A stretch of DNA of 64,000 nt, from positions 9,986,331 through 10,050,330 of the forward strand of contig JAHRHZ010000047.1 in assembly GCA_024137785.1 (NCBI GenBank). Reading direction: 5' to 3'. Source of the DNA: Ginglymostoma cirratum. Lineage: Eukaryota. Positions 1 through 12,138 of this stretch are shown one piece after another. The translations under genes were made by a program, and so were the position numbers. The stretch's first letter is position 1. Each line of letters opens with the position of its first letter. The notes under the pieces are model-generated. The model was not told the origin of the DNA. It ran no database searches and was given only the letters and a program-made list of their open reading frames with translations.

Positions 1-74
1 GCAGGTCACAATATTGGCTTAAAACATAAGATAATGCAACAAGCATTGAGATGAAGTGAGGTTGTTAAGTTGTT

Positions 75-1275
75 ATAGAGACATAGAGTCATACAGCACA
101 GAAACAGACACTTCGGTCCAACCAGTTCGCACTGATCATAATTCCAAACTAAACTAGCCCAAACTATCTGCTCTAGGCCCATATCCCTCCAAACATTTCT
201 TACTTACGTACTTATCCAAATGTCTTTCTAATGTTGTAACTGTACCCGCATAATAGAGGGATTGAGTTCAAGAGCCGTGAAGTTATGCTCCAGCTATACA
301 AAAGCCTGGTTCGGCCACATCTGGAGTATTGTGTCCAGTTCTGGTCACCTCATTACAGGAAAGATGTGGAAGCATTAGAAAAGATGCAGAGGAGATTTAC
401 CAGGATGTTGCCTGGAATGGAGGGAAGGTCTTACGAGGAAAGGTTGAGAGAGCTAGGGCTTTTCTCTTTAGAACAACGAAGGATGAGAGTTGACTTGATA
501 GAGGTGTACAAAATGATCAGAGGTATAGATCGAGTGGACAGCCAGAGACTTTTTCCTAGGGTGGGGTTGCTTTTACAAGGGGACGTAGTTTTAAAGTTAA
601 AGGAGGTAGATATCGGGGAGACATCAGAGGTAGGTTTTTTATTCAGAGAGTGGTGGGGGCATGGAATGCGTTGCCGGAGAAGGTAATGGAGTCAGCCTCA
701 TTAGGGGCATTTAAGCGGCTATTAGATAGGCATATGGATGATAGTATAAGGTAGCTGTGGAGGTTAGGTAGACCTTAGGTTTAAGGTAAAAGTTCGGCAC
801 AACATCGTGGGCCGAAGGGCCTGTACTGTGCTGTACTGTTCTATGTTCTATGTTCTATGTTCTATCCACAACTTCCACTGGAAGTTCATTCCACACAGAA
901 ACTATTCCCTGTGTAAAAGAATTGCCCCTCTTGTCTTTTTTAAATCTTTCTCCTCTCAACTTAAAAGAACTTTCCCTTCGTCTTGAAATTCCCCATCCTC
1001 GGGAAAAGACACCTACCATTCATTCTATCTATGTCCCTCATGACTTTATAAATTTCTATAAGGAAACCCCTCAACTTCCTACCCTCCAGTGAAAAATGTC
1101 CGAGCTTATCCAACCTGCTTTTACAACTCAGACTCTCCCTTTCCAACAACATTCTGGTAAATCTCTTCTGAACTGTCTCCAGCTTAATAATATCCTTCCC
1201 ATAACAGGGCGACCACAACTGGGCACAGTACTCCAGAAGGGGCCTCACCAATATCCTGTACAACCTCAACATGAC
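75..1275 (-). mobile_element. CR1 LINE 3' fragment interrupted by a second CR1
   Basis: ORF 961-1272(-) LYRILVRPLLEYCAQLWSP..LETVQKRFTRML. Sequence at 75-250 continues at about 865 when compared with the copy at 47997-48335. Confidence 0.85.
252..864 (+). mobile_element. CR1 LINE 3' end with (TTCTATG)n tail
   Basis: ORF 285-686 LYKSLVRPHLEYCVQFWSPHYRKDVEALEKMQRRFTRMLPG (CR1 ORF2 C-terminus), 3' UTR and microsatellite tail. Confidence 0.92.
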
Positions 1276-2360
1276 ATTAGGATCTGGAATGCACTGCTTG
1301 AGAGCAGCGTTTCCTCTATCTGGCTGTCAATGCTGTGAACAGCAACCCTTGGATTGGATGTATGCATCCATATTTACACAGCTTTGAGGGAATTTTCCCT
1401 GAGAGTGTGCTGGAGGCCAATTCAATTTGGCTTTCCAAAGTGAATCAGATCACTTTCTGACAGGGATTACTTTGATAATTGTAGGGAAAAGGGAAAAGAG
1501 AGGAAGCAGTTGAACACTTCTTTATACAGAGCTAGCACAGACATGATTAGCTGAATGGCCTCCTGCTTCACTCTAACTGTTTTATAATTCTATGATGTTT
1601 TTAAGTTGTTTTTTTTGTCAGAGCCTGTCTAGTTCTTACCCATCCAGACAGATGTTGTTCTCTGTGACCCAATGTCCTGAATCATAGCTGACTTATCACA
1701 ACGCTCTATGTTTACTTATTTGGTCACGTGCGTTCGTCACTTGTTCTCCATCAGAGCTTTGATTTTTTTTAAAGAAGTCTTTTGATTCCACTAACAGCTG
1801 CTTGTGGTCTGAGACCAATTTGCTCTTTCTCATTTTCAAACAAGAATGTAACCTTATCTGTTCACCTCAGATTATTAAATTTACTGCTTCTGATTTGAAT
1901 GCCTCCTTAGTGCCTTCTCAATCCATGAAGATTGGTTAATGGATAAGGGCATAGCATTCAGACTCTCTGATCTATTCTGAATTCTGCCTGATCTTTTGGG
2001 TCTTGTGGTTATGTTCTGGAAGGTTTTGTCGAAAAAATACAATGTTGAATTGAATTGAATCACCTTAATTGTCACGTATTCAGATGAGTACAGTGAAAAT
2101 TTTACATAGCCACTTACAACTTAGGTACAGCGTACCTAGGTACAGATTCTTCTGTACCAATTCTAGGGAAAAAAAATTCAAAAACACAGAAATAAAAGGC
2201 CCAGCTTTACAGATCATAGGAACAGATTTGAAAATAGAGAAATAAAAAGTTCATCGTATGTTTGAGTTAATCCTATCAGATCAATTGTTTCCCAGAATTT
2301 TCTAAGAGCTTTTCACTGTACATAGATACATGTGACAATAAATCACATCAAACCAAATCA

Positions 2361-2458
2361 TTTCTGAAGAAGGGTCTAGACCCGAAACGTCAGCCTTCCT
2401 GCTCCTCTGATGCTGCTTGGCCTGCTGTGTTCATCCAGCTCTACACCTCGTTATCTCA
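2361..2458 (+). mobile_element. Penelope-like pseudo-LTR fragment with hammerhead core
   Basis: CTGAAGA-A-GGGTC-TA-GACCC-GAAACGTC at 2364-2391. Same family as the copies at 12139, 20335, 29159 and 53039. Confidence 0.7.
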
Positions 2459-2634
2459 AATCAAATCTACGTTTGGCTGCAATTGTTTCATAAACTGTAA
2501 AGCCAAGGAGATGTAATTCAATCTTGTTCATTCTTTGAGGTCAGATTGAAGATCTCAAGGTCGATTGCCATGGGAATAAGCTTCTGCAGCAAAGTCAAAT
2601 ATTTCCATCCCCAACAATCTTTCCATTGATGAAG

Positions 2635-2813
2635 TCAGCAGTCACACGACACCAGGTTATAATCCAACAGATTTATTTGAAATCACAAGCTTTCGGAGCG
2701 CTGCTCCTTTGTCAGGTGAAATCAGACTTCACATGAAGAGGGAGCAGTGCTCTGAAAGCTTAGGATTTCAAATAAACCTGTTGGACTATAACCTAGTGCC
2801 GTGTGACTTCTGA
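2635..2813. mobile_element. Fold-back (palindromic) Penelope-like pLTR element
   Basis: Inverted arms of about 85 bp. The minus arm reads CAC-CTGACAA-AGGAGC-AGC-GCTCC-GAAAGCTT-GTG. Confidence 0.75.
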
Positions 2814-4380
2814 TTGTTGAAGGCAGGCCTTTCCGAGTGCCTTGTGGGTATGTGAGGTGAGAGTTGTGGCTCTGTAGTTCATGTTCTTGTTTCTTTCCTT
2901 TGGGATTATTTCTCCATGTAACATATGGTACACTGCGCTGGACGTTGATTCAATTATGACTTTGAGAAAGGAATTGAATAAATGCCTTAACATTTATTTT
3001 TTATAAGTGCAAAGTTATGAGAATTGGTGGAGGATTTGAACCAGCTAAATTGTTCTTATAGAGAGTGAACACAAACTCAAAGTGGCAAGTAGCTGCCCTT
3101 CTATGCTGTTTCATTCTCTGATTCTCTGGTTTAGAGTTGTACACATATGGCAGTGGTAAATGCAATGCATTCTTGAGTGCATTCCAGGTCCTAACCATTC
3201 ACAACATGAAACAAATACTTTCTATTGCTATCTTTGGTTCTTTTAATCACCCCAATTGGTGTCCTTTGATTCTTGGACCCTCTGTCAAAAGGAAGAGTTT
3301 TTCTTTCTTAACTCTATATTTTGAACACCTTAACTAAATGTCCATTCAAAAGTCTCCTCTCCAAGGAGAACAATCATAATTTCTCCAATTCATCCCTATA
3401 TTCTTGTGTCAGGAACCATTCACAATTTTTTCTGCACCCTCTCCCATGTCTTTACATCCTTCTGATGTAGCAAACATAGCAACCAATTTGCACTCAGCAG
3501 GATATCACAAACAGCAATGAAATAAATGGGTGGTGACTCTGGTTCTTGAATGCCTCTATTGTTTCCAGTGGAGAGGGCAATGGTATCTCAGTTTAGTAAC
3601 ATATCGGACAGACCTTGCACAGAATTTTATGGAAGTCTAAATGATGTGGGCTATGGAGGGATGAATTGCAAAATCAGACAAAAGTCTGACAAGGTCCATC
3701 TTGATGTTTGGAGCATCTCATGTTTCGTACTTTTCATAAGAGGCAAGGCAAGATTCTTGTTGGGCAGTGCCAACTAAGAAGAATCATTTCAGCTCACTGC
3801 TTGCACCAAAGGACCGTCATGTTGTGTATGACCAAACAGAACTTCAGGACACGATCCATAGGCACCAGCCACACACACCGTTCATCTACAGACGTTGGCA
3901 TCCAGCATTTGCCAACTCCTCATGATCATTATGACACCTCTCCAATTCACTGGCAGGGCATTCTGGAAGGACAGACTTGCATTGCAGTGCCAATTGGCTA
4001 CCAGTATTAAAAAATTGCAGGAGGGACTTAGCGCACAGAAACAGACCCTAACTAATGGATTGGACCAGGTCTCATTTCTGACTGCCCACATTCTGTTTTG
4101 TGTTCTTAGCTCCTACCTGCATGCTTCCATTATCCACCTAACCTGCACATAATTGAGCAATATAGGCAATTTAACTTGGCCAATCCACGTAAGCTGCATG
4201 TCTTTGGACTTTCCATGTATTGGCATTAATAGACCAGACAGTCATGGAGACTTTAAGAGTGCTTTTGAATGTTGCCTTTCTCTCCCATGTAAGAAAGTAC
4301 CTATTGTAACTCTGAGTAGAGCACTTACTTGGCAGTCTTGAGTCAGGTATCGACATCTCCATCTTAGCTTAGAATGTGCT

Positions 4381-4700
4381 TAAAATCCCTACAGTGTGGA
4401 AACAGGCCCTTTGGCCCAACAAGTCCACACCGAACCTCAGAGCATCCCACCCAGACCCATCCCCCTATAACCCACCTAATCTACACCTCCCTGAACACTA
4501 CGGGCAATTTAGCATGGCCAAACAACCAAACCTGCACATCTTTGGACTGTGGGAGGAAACCGGAGCACCCGGAGGAAACCCACACAGACACAGGGAGAAT
4601 GTGCAAATTCCACACAGACAGTCACCCGAGGGTGGAATCAAACCCAGGTCCCTGGCGCTGTGAGGCAGCAGTGCTAACCACTGTGCCGCCGTGCTGCCCA
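4381..4700 (-). mobile_element. HE1-type tRNA-derived V-SINE
   Basis: Reverse strand has a tRNA-like head (CAGTGGTTAGCAC..GGTTTGATTCC), the central GTGGGTTTCCTCCGGGTGCTCCGGTTTCCTCCCAC domain and a CR1-like tail. Confidence 0.88.
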
Positions 4701-5329
4701 ATGATGTCAGCTGATGTGAGATTAATCTAGTCTCTAACTAAAAAAACAGAACTTAAACTGTCCTTCAACATATGTATACGATTCTGAAGAAAAGACAAAA
4801 CCTATCAAGAAAGATACGTATCTTTAAAATGATGTAGTTATAAATTTACTTCTTGATGATATGCTGGATTTCTTACCTTGTGAATGATCAAACTTCATCT
4901 TCACCTTTGAAGCAATGAATCATACCTTCTATTCGAAATCAACTGTAAGAGAAACTGTCAGTGAAAATATTGGTGGTGGCTGAGAAACTTCAAAATACAA
5001 TCAACAAAACATTAAAACTCTGCTGTGTTCTAATGGAAATTGTGCCTAATTGATGTTACATCGTGATTCACACAATTCCAATTCTTTGCATAAAAGATGA
5101 TACTTGGGAAAAAGCTGTATTAAAGGGATGATGCCTTCATGAAAAGTGTTTGTTATTTATTTAATTTTGCTGAAGTTGTAAATCTGCTCAGGTACAGCAA
5201 TCCAGCAGCTTCCTGGAGGCAGCATACAAGTCAGTCCTTTTAAGTCACCTTGTCCATTTCATTGTGCATATACATTTAAAGGGAATCTCATACTGAAACA
5301 AATTACCTGTGCGCTCAAAAGAAAAATGA

Positions 5330-5640
5330 GAAGTTCATTGATTAGAGGGTATTGCCTTTCAATGAGACAATAAACTAAAGACTGCCTGCTCCCTTAGGTG
5401 GATTTGAAGAAGGCATGGCCTTTTCTGAAGAATAGCAATGGAGTTAACCCCAGTCAATTAACATCAATTAAAAAAACAAAATATCTGGTCGTATTACTGT
5501 TTGTGAGAATTTACTTTGCATGAATTGGCAGCTATACTTCCCACATTGTGTACATTACACAAATAACTACACTTCAGGCATTTATTTTATTCACTGTAAA
5601 GTGCTTTGGAACATCCTAACCATTTAAAGTGCCCCATAAC
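5330..5640 (+). mobile_element. Old Deu-domain (SacSINE1/AmnSINE-like) SINE remnant
   Basis: Degenerate match to the copies at 33335-33750 and 39880-40297 (…actacacttca…gtaaagtgctttgg…). Confidence 0.5.
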
Positions 5641-5938
5641 CACTAGCCTGTCCTTCTTTCTTTCTTATATGCTCAAAGCTAAAAGGAAATAATGAACCAG
5701 AAACCAACATCCAAATGCACAAGAAGTGAAAATTATGGCTGGATTTAACTGTGAATAGACCAAAACTATAAAAATAGTGATTTGATTGTACAGAACGTGA
5801 GTATAACAGAAAAAAGAAGACTTTGTCAAATATTTTCATCTTGTACACATTAGGACCTTTAGCAAGAATGCCAAACTAAAGGAAAACAATATTTTACACT
5901 TCTGTGGTTGGTTTGCTTGCCGAGCTGGTTCGTTAGTT

Positions 5939-5980
5939 TGCAGACGTTTCATTACCCTGCTGGGTAACATCATCAGTGCA
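5939..5980 (-). ncRNA. Minimal type I hammerhead ribozyme motif
   Basis: Minus strand reads TGCA-CTGATGA-T-GTTACCC-AGCA-GGGTAAT-GAAACGTC-TGCA. Confidence 0.75.
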
Positions 5981-6155
5981 GCCTCCGCTGAATTGCTGTT
6001 GTGTTTTCCCGCCTGGTAGTTAAACTCTGGGGTCTGTTGGATTTGATTATCTCGTTTCCGGTTTTCCTTCGCAAACCGGAAATGAGGTAATCAAATCCAA
6101 CGGACCCCAGAGTTTACATAACAAGCAGGAAAACACACAGTGTTTCACCGGAGGC

Positions 6156-6197
6156 TGCACTGATGATGTTACCCAATAGGGTAATGAAACGTCTGCA
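6156..6197 (+). ncRNA. Minimal type I hammerhead ribozyme motif
   Basis: TGCA-CTGATGA-T-GTTACCC-AATA-GGGTAAT-GAAACGTC-TGCA. Predicted cleavage after C6193. Confidence 0.75.
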
Positions 6198-8326
6198 AAC
6201 TAACGAACCAGCTCGGAGAGGGAACCCACCACAACATCCACAACCTGAGCTAAAAATCTACTCAAGAACCTTAGAATATTTTACACCACATAAGAAGAGA
6301 GGCTGATTGGTTAGCAAGTGGACTCTGACTGGTATGTCAGTGATGAATACAAAATGAAAAGCTTCAACAAAATCCACATTTTTCAGCTATACTGAAGAAA
6401 AAAAATCAATTCAGTCGCAGAACAATAGATGGGTCAGTAGAATAGAAAAGGATATTGCAAGAGGTAAGGTTTTATTATTTCAGTTTTCAATTGGAGAAAG
6501 AAACAAGATGTGGAACAGACACTGTATGCTGTTGGAAACCAGGAGAAGAAAGGAATTCTGAAAACTAATGAATTGATGGAGGGAATGACTAGGAGAGAGC
6601 AGGTTTGGGGGTGGAGTGACAACATTCTGTTGTGGCTCCCTCATAAGAATGGGTGGAATAGTGGAGGTGAGAATTGATGGATTTGGCTCTCCTGTCTTAT
6701 ATCTGAACAGCTACTCATACTGATTGTAATTAACTCTATTTTAATTTAAAAATCCTTTGAAAAATTTCCATCAAAACACAGTAAAGTAATTTGTGGAAGA
6801 TCATAGAGTACAATTGCTATGAAGTACTAACTCCCATCAATAGACTACCTGACATTCAATTAAGAATATGCAAACATCCAACATACCATTAGACTATCCT
6901 GAACTTTGCAAAACCACCAAAGTTCCTTTCTCAACCAGCAACTTACAGATCTTTTCATCTAAAGTGTTAAGCTTGATAATATGACCCAATTTAACATTTG
7001 TTACAATTCGCTCAATAAGAATCTTGTAGTTGAATTCCACTTCCACTATGCTTTACTTTTCTTTGAAGCAAGGCTTTTGTACTGTGTGCTAGAAAGATCA
7101 TAGTTCAATTAATTCAACTGCCAATAGCAATTGGCATCTGTTCGAGGAGATTGCAGTGTAGATTTTCTTGCTCAAGGAATGTCTCCTCTCAGTCAGGTTA
7201 ATATTTAATACTTGCAGGAACCTAACCATGTGTTTAGCAGGACCTGGCACAGAACGTATGTAACAAACCAATAACTATCACCTCATCAAACTGAGCTCAA
7301 TTTGCCCTAAATGCCGGCTGCAAATGACTGTCCAACTCGAATGTACAGCCCTGTGAACAACATGTCTGCTTAAATCCTTGTGTGTGACAAATTATGAACA
7401 TGGCAATCTTATCCATTTCCTGACAAATGAAGACATCATGAGCTTTGTTCTAGAACATCACTTTCTGCTTGAAGTTCAGGCTTACAGAATTAGCATGTTA
7501 TTTTTATAAATTAGCAACCTCACTCCAAGACCCCTGAGGGAAATGGAAAACACCACACTGATCAGGTTGGGGATGGGGCGGGGGCACTTCTCTAAGGTTG
7601 CAGCTGGGACGCATTATTGTGTCAATTTGACTCTGCACAATACCTGTTGTGTACTTGGCATTGGATTATTTAAGTGGGATAATGCGGGAAGGGTCTTAAT
7701 CTGTAGTTGACCAATAACTGGCACCACTTGGTGCAAAGTACAGATTTCTGAAATGGACAAGTCCCAGCATTAACATTCCTCACCATAATTAGAATAAAGA
7801 GACACAATTTTATTTTTATAAACCTTATTGAAATGGGATGTTCAAAAAAAAAATCAAAAGAGTAGGAATGACTTTGTTCTCTCCGTCACTAACATCTCAG
7901 TAATTTGTAACAGTTCATTTGCATGTTCGTTGAATACTAAGTATCAGTCATTTGTGATGAGATTTCATTAAAACTAACACCCTCTATAGCTCTCCATCCA
8001 CAGACTGCATTATACTGGATGCCAGAGCCATTTGAGGCTTTGTAACAGCGTCAGTGAAGGACACTAAGGACTCCAGCTCCAAACCAATTTTCTTAAATCT
8101 CTTGGAAACCACTGCAAATATCAAATATGTTTCAACTATGACAGCTTTTGTAAATATCTTTGAACACTCAAAGCAAAATGGACTGCAGGCTAAGCAATGA
8201 ATACTTTTAATGGCAAATGTATCTTTCTTTTATAGTCAACTGTTTCTTAGAAAAAATAATATCTAACAATAGAAAAATTTAATAGAAGTGAGAAGTCTGA
8301 CCTTCAGACTTTCTTAAAATTCCATG

Positions 8327-8562
8327 TGAAATAACTCCACAGAGGCCAGTATCCTGTCACCAAATCACCCATTATTTACACATACGTAGTACTTGACACT
8401 GGTCCAGCTTCCTCAGAGCCAGCTTTCTGGGTTAGCAAAACATCTGACGTTCATGTTTCTATCTGTTGTCCAGGGCTCTCTGATTGGACCAGATTAACAG
8501 CCCCAGTTAAGGAACTCATATTCGGTGAGGTCTACCTGGCTGATCTTGTTACAATCATAACA
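8327..8562 (-). mobile_element. Probable solo LTR
   Basis: TG...CA termini. The reverse strand has CCAAT, TATA-like and polyA-like motifs in order. No clear TSD. Confidence 0.5.
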
Positions 8563-8699
8563 TGAACTTTTAAAATTACTTTATTGTTCACATGAATGCA
8601 TCTTATTTTGTGTCCTCAGCCTCCATGGCAGTGTAATTAAAAAGCATTTTTGATGACTTTCTTGCGAGTTCTTAGATGCCCACTGAGAGTAGAGGTGTG

Positions 8700-9410
8700 G
8701 GTTTGATTTGATCTGATCTATTGTCACAGGTACCAAAGTGCAGTGAAAAGCTTTGTTTGCAAGCAGTACAGGCAGATCACACTAAGCAAGGACGTACAGA
8801 CGATAGGGTGAAAAGAACCTTGGACAGAGTAAGGCTTCCAGATTATGTTGTACAGGGTGTGCGCGAGGCAAGATCAACATTAACAAGATCAGCATTATTT
8901 GAAGTTAGAGAGTCCATTCATCAGTCTAATAACAGCCAGGAAGAAGCTGTTCCTGAACCTGATAGTGCATGTCTTCAGGGTTCTGTATCTTCTGTCTGAT
9001 GGAAGAGGTTGTAGGAGATCATTACCGGGGTGGGATGGCTCTTTGATGATGTTGGCAGCCTTTCTGTGGCAACAAGAAGTGTAAATGGAGTCCATGGATG
9101 GAAGGTTGGTTTCTGTGATGGTCTGGACTATGCACACACCTTTTGTAGTTTCTTACGGTCCTGGGCAGAGCAGTTGCTGTACCAGGCCATATGCATCCGG
9201 ACAGTATGCTTTCAATGGTGCATCTGTAAAAGTCGGTGAGAGTCCTTATGAACGTGCCAAATTTCCTGAGCTGCCTGAGGAAGAAGAAGCATTATGGTAC
9301 CTTCTTGAGCATTGCATCCATGTGGGAGGTCTAGGACAGATTGTCGGTTATCGTCACTCCTAGGGACTTGACACTCTCAAGCCTCTCACCCTCCGCTCCA
9401 TTGATGTAGA
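8700..9410 (-). mobile_element. L2-clade LINE 3' fragment
   Basis: Minus ORF LPSMDSIYTSCCHRKAANIIKEPSHPG..RFRNSFF, homologous to 41575-42085, with a CACT..GTGACAATAGATCAGATCAAATC tail. Confidence 0.85.
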
Positions 9411-9567
9411 ATCTTCTGTCAGGATAAATACAATTAGTTGAGTAATGACGGCTCAATTTAGTCTTCCTGGATCTTACAAGAATAATATCTTAACTTGATT
9501 CCCGTTGCTTTCAGGGTGACAGCACAAACTGTTGCTAATTTCACTAATTCTTGGAGTATTCAACAAG

Positions 9568-9702
9568 CCTGTAGAGTTCAGGGGTGTGTAGATTAGGTGG
9601 GTTATAGGGGGATGGGTCAGGGTGGAATGCTCTGAGGGTTGGTGTGGACTTGTTTGGCCGAAGGGCCTGTTTCCACACTGTAGGGTTTCTATGATTCTAT
9701 GA
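9568..9702 (+). mobile_element. HE1-type SINE 3' fragment
   Basis: Reverse complement of 4381-4500. Confidence 0.8.
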
Positions 9703-9732
9703 TTAATACTAAACAAACAGATAGGTTCACCA

Positions 9733-9832
9733 ACAAAAACAAAAATTGCTGGATTAACTCAGCAGGTCTGGCAGCATCTAAGGAGAGAAAACAGAGTTAA
9801 CATTTTGAGTATGGTGACTCTTCATTAGAGTC
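9733..9832 (-). mobile_element. Penelope-like pLTR fragment
   Basis: Matches the 49165-49270 family in reverse. Confidence 0.6.
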
Positions 9833-11647
9833 CTGATGTGAATGCCTCAGAGAAGTAAAAATTAGAGTAAGCACTGGGGCAGAAATGAAGAGGTGGGAAG
9901 GAGAAAGACATCAGTGGAGAACTCTAAACAAATGTTGTACCTCATTATCCAAGACAGATGGTAATATATTATTTCTGACATGTACAGTCTCCTACATTGC
10001 CTCTAAGGCAGTGAATACTGCAAGCGTCTGCAATATTTGGAATGGATTTCACACATTATAACGATGCTCATGCATCCATTCTCTTTGAGTTGATAGGTCT
10101 CAGTACATTTGGTGCTCTGCGGTTTAAAGATCCATAGTGCAGTCAGAACAGGGTCTAATGAGACACTGGAGAATATAAATACCAAACAAAGCTTGGAAAA
10201 TTACAAATCCTGAAGACACATCAAAATGGAAAAAGCCACAACTGCACAGTGGTCCTAAATGGGGGTAGATATGTTTTACATCCCGGAGAGTTTGTTGTGC
10301 CAGTGTGTAGATGGGCCTACTAGAGATGTGACAGTACTAGACCTAATTCTAGGGAATGATGCCAGTCAAGTGGTTGACGTTTCAGTGGGTGAGCATGTTG
10401 GGGATAGTGACCATAACTCTGTAAGTTTCAAAGTCATTATGGAAAGGGATAAGGATAGTGCAGAATTTAAGTGTCAAAACCAGGGAAAGGCCAATATCAA
10501 TATCATTAGTCAGGACCTGGAAAACATAGATTGGGAGCAGTTATTTGCAGGTAAATCTATATTCAGAAAGTGTGAATTTTTTAAATGTACTATTGTGAGA
10601 ATTTAGGGCCAGTGTGTTCCTCTTAAGGACAAGGGCAGAAAGTCCAGGGAATGCTGGATGTCAAGGGATATTGAGAGTTTGATAAGGAAGAAGAAGGAAA
10701 CAGGTACAGTGCATTAAAAGCTGGAGGGACAATTCAAAAATATCGCGAGGTTCCTTGACATGGAAATTAGAAGGACTGAGAGGGACCGTGAAATATCTTT
10801 GGCAGATAGGATCAAGGAAAATCCGAAGGATTTTACAGGAGCAAGAGGATTACCAGGGAAAATGTGGGACGTACTAGAGGCAAAGGCAGCAATCTGTGTG
10901 TGGAGCCCGTGGACATGGGTGAGGTCTTGAATGAATTCTTCTCATTTGTAGTCACATAGGAGAAAAACACTGTAGCCGGGATTTCCAGGTAAGGTTCTGA
11001 AAATATTAAGATTAATAAGGAGGAAGTATTAGATGTTTTAGCAGGGATATAAGTGCATAAATCCCCAGGGACTGGTGAAATGTATCCCAGGCTGATATGG
11101 GAGGCAAGGGAGGAGAATGCTTGGACCCTGGTGGGATATTTAATACTTCGCTGGTCACAAGTGAAATGCCAGATACCTCGAGGATGGCTAATATGGTTCT
11201 TTTGTTCAAAAAGGGCAACGAGGATATAAGACCAGTTAGTCTCATATCAGTGTAAGGGAAATTATCAGAAATGTTCTGAAACAGGGTTAAAGATTACTTA
11301 GAAAGGCAGGGATGATCAAGGATAGTCAACACAGATTTCTTAGAGGCAGATCCTGTCTGACTAATTTAATTGAGATGTTTGAAAAGGTAACTAAATGTAT
11401 TGATGATGGTAGTTCAGATGATATGGTTTACATGGACTTCAGTAACACCTTTGGCAAGGTGCTAAATGGAAGGCTGGTCCAAAAGGTAAAAGCCCGTGGC
11501 ATCCAAGGCAATTTGACAAACTGGGTGCAAATTTTCCTTACAAAGAGCAGGCAAAGGGTGATGGTGGAGGGTTGTTGTTGTAATTGGAACCCATTGTCCA
11601 GCAGTTTAACACAGGGTTTGTTGCTGGTTCCCTTGCTCCATGTTGTT

Positions 11648-12000
11648 TTTATTCATTCACAGGATGAGGGTGTCGCTGGCCAGGCAGCATTTATTGCCCA
11701 TCTCTAATCACCCAGAAGGCAGTTAAGAGACAACCACATTGCCATAGGGGTCATGGGGTCACATGTAGGGCAGACTGGGTAAGGATGGCAGTTTCCTTCC
11801 CTAAAGGACATTAGTGAACCAGATGGGTTTTTCTAACAATTAACATGGTCATCATCAGACTCTGAATTCCAGATTTTTTTTAACTGAATTCACGTTCCAC
11901 CATCTGCTGTGGTGGGATTCAAACTCAGGTTCCTAGAACATTACCTGGGTCACTGAATTAACAGCCCAGTGATAAAACCGCAAAGCCGTCAGCTTCCCTA
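11648..12000 (-). mobile_element. tRNA-derived SINE (family 2) nested in CR1
   Basis: Reverse match to 14392-15085 and a match to 29555-29910. Confidence 0.82.
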
Positions 12001-12138
12001 AAGGTAATGTTATATACATTAACAACTCAGATGTGAATGTAGAATCAGTAGGTTTGCAGACAACAAAAAACATTGGTGATGTTGTTGACAGTGGGGAGGA
12101 TGATCTTAGGCTACAAACTGAAATTAATCAGTTGGTAA

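Larger units (their letters stand above)
5900..6274. mobile_element. Fold-back Penelope-like element with 12-bp TSD
   Basis: Inverted arms of about 160 bp around a loop near 6065-6072. TSD AATATTTTACAC at 5888-5899 and 6275-6286. Confidence 0.85.

Noticed and set aside
1640-2075. Minus-strand coding-like stretch
   Set aside because: It has internal stops, a weak acceptor and no recognisable domain, and splicing from the 4877 exon hits a stop quickly.
4374-4730. Recurrent short ORFs (AQWLALLPHS, CTSLDCGRKP) and apparent tRNA genes
   Set aside because: These are translations and tRNA-derived heads of HE1-type SINEs. No full cloverleaf is present.
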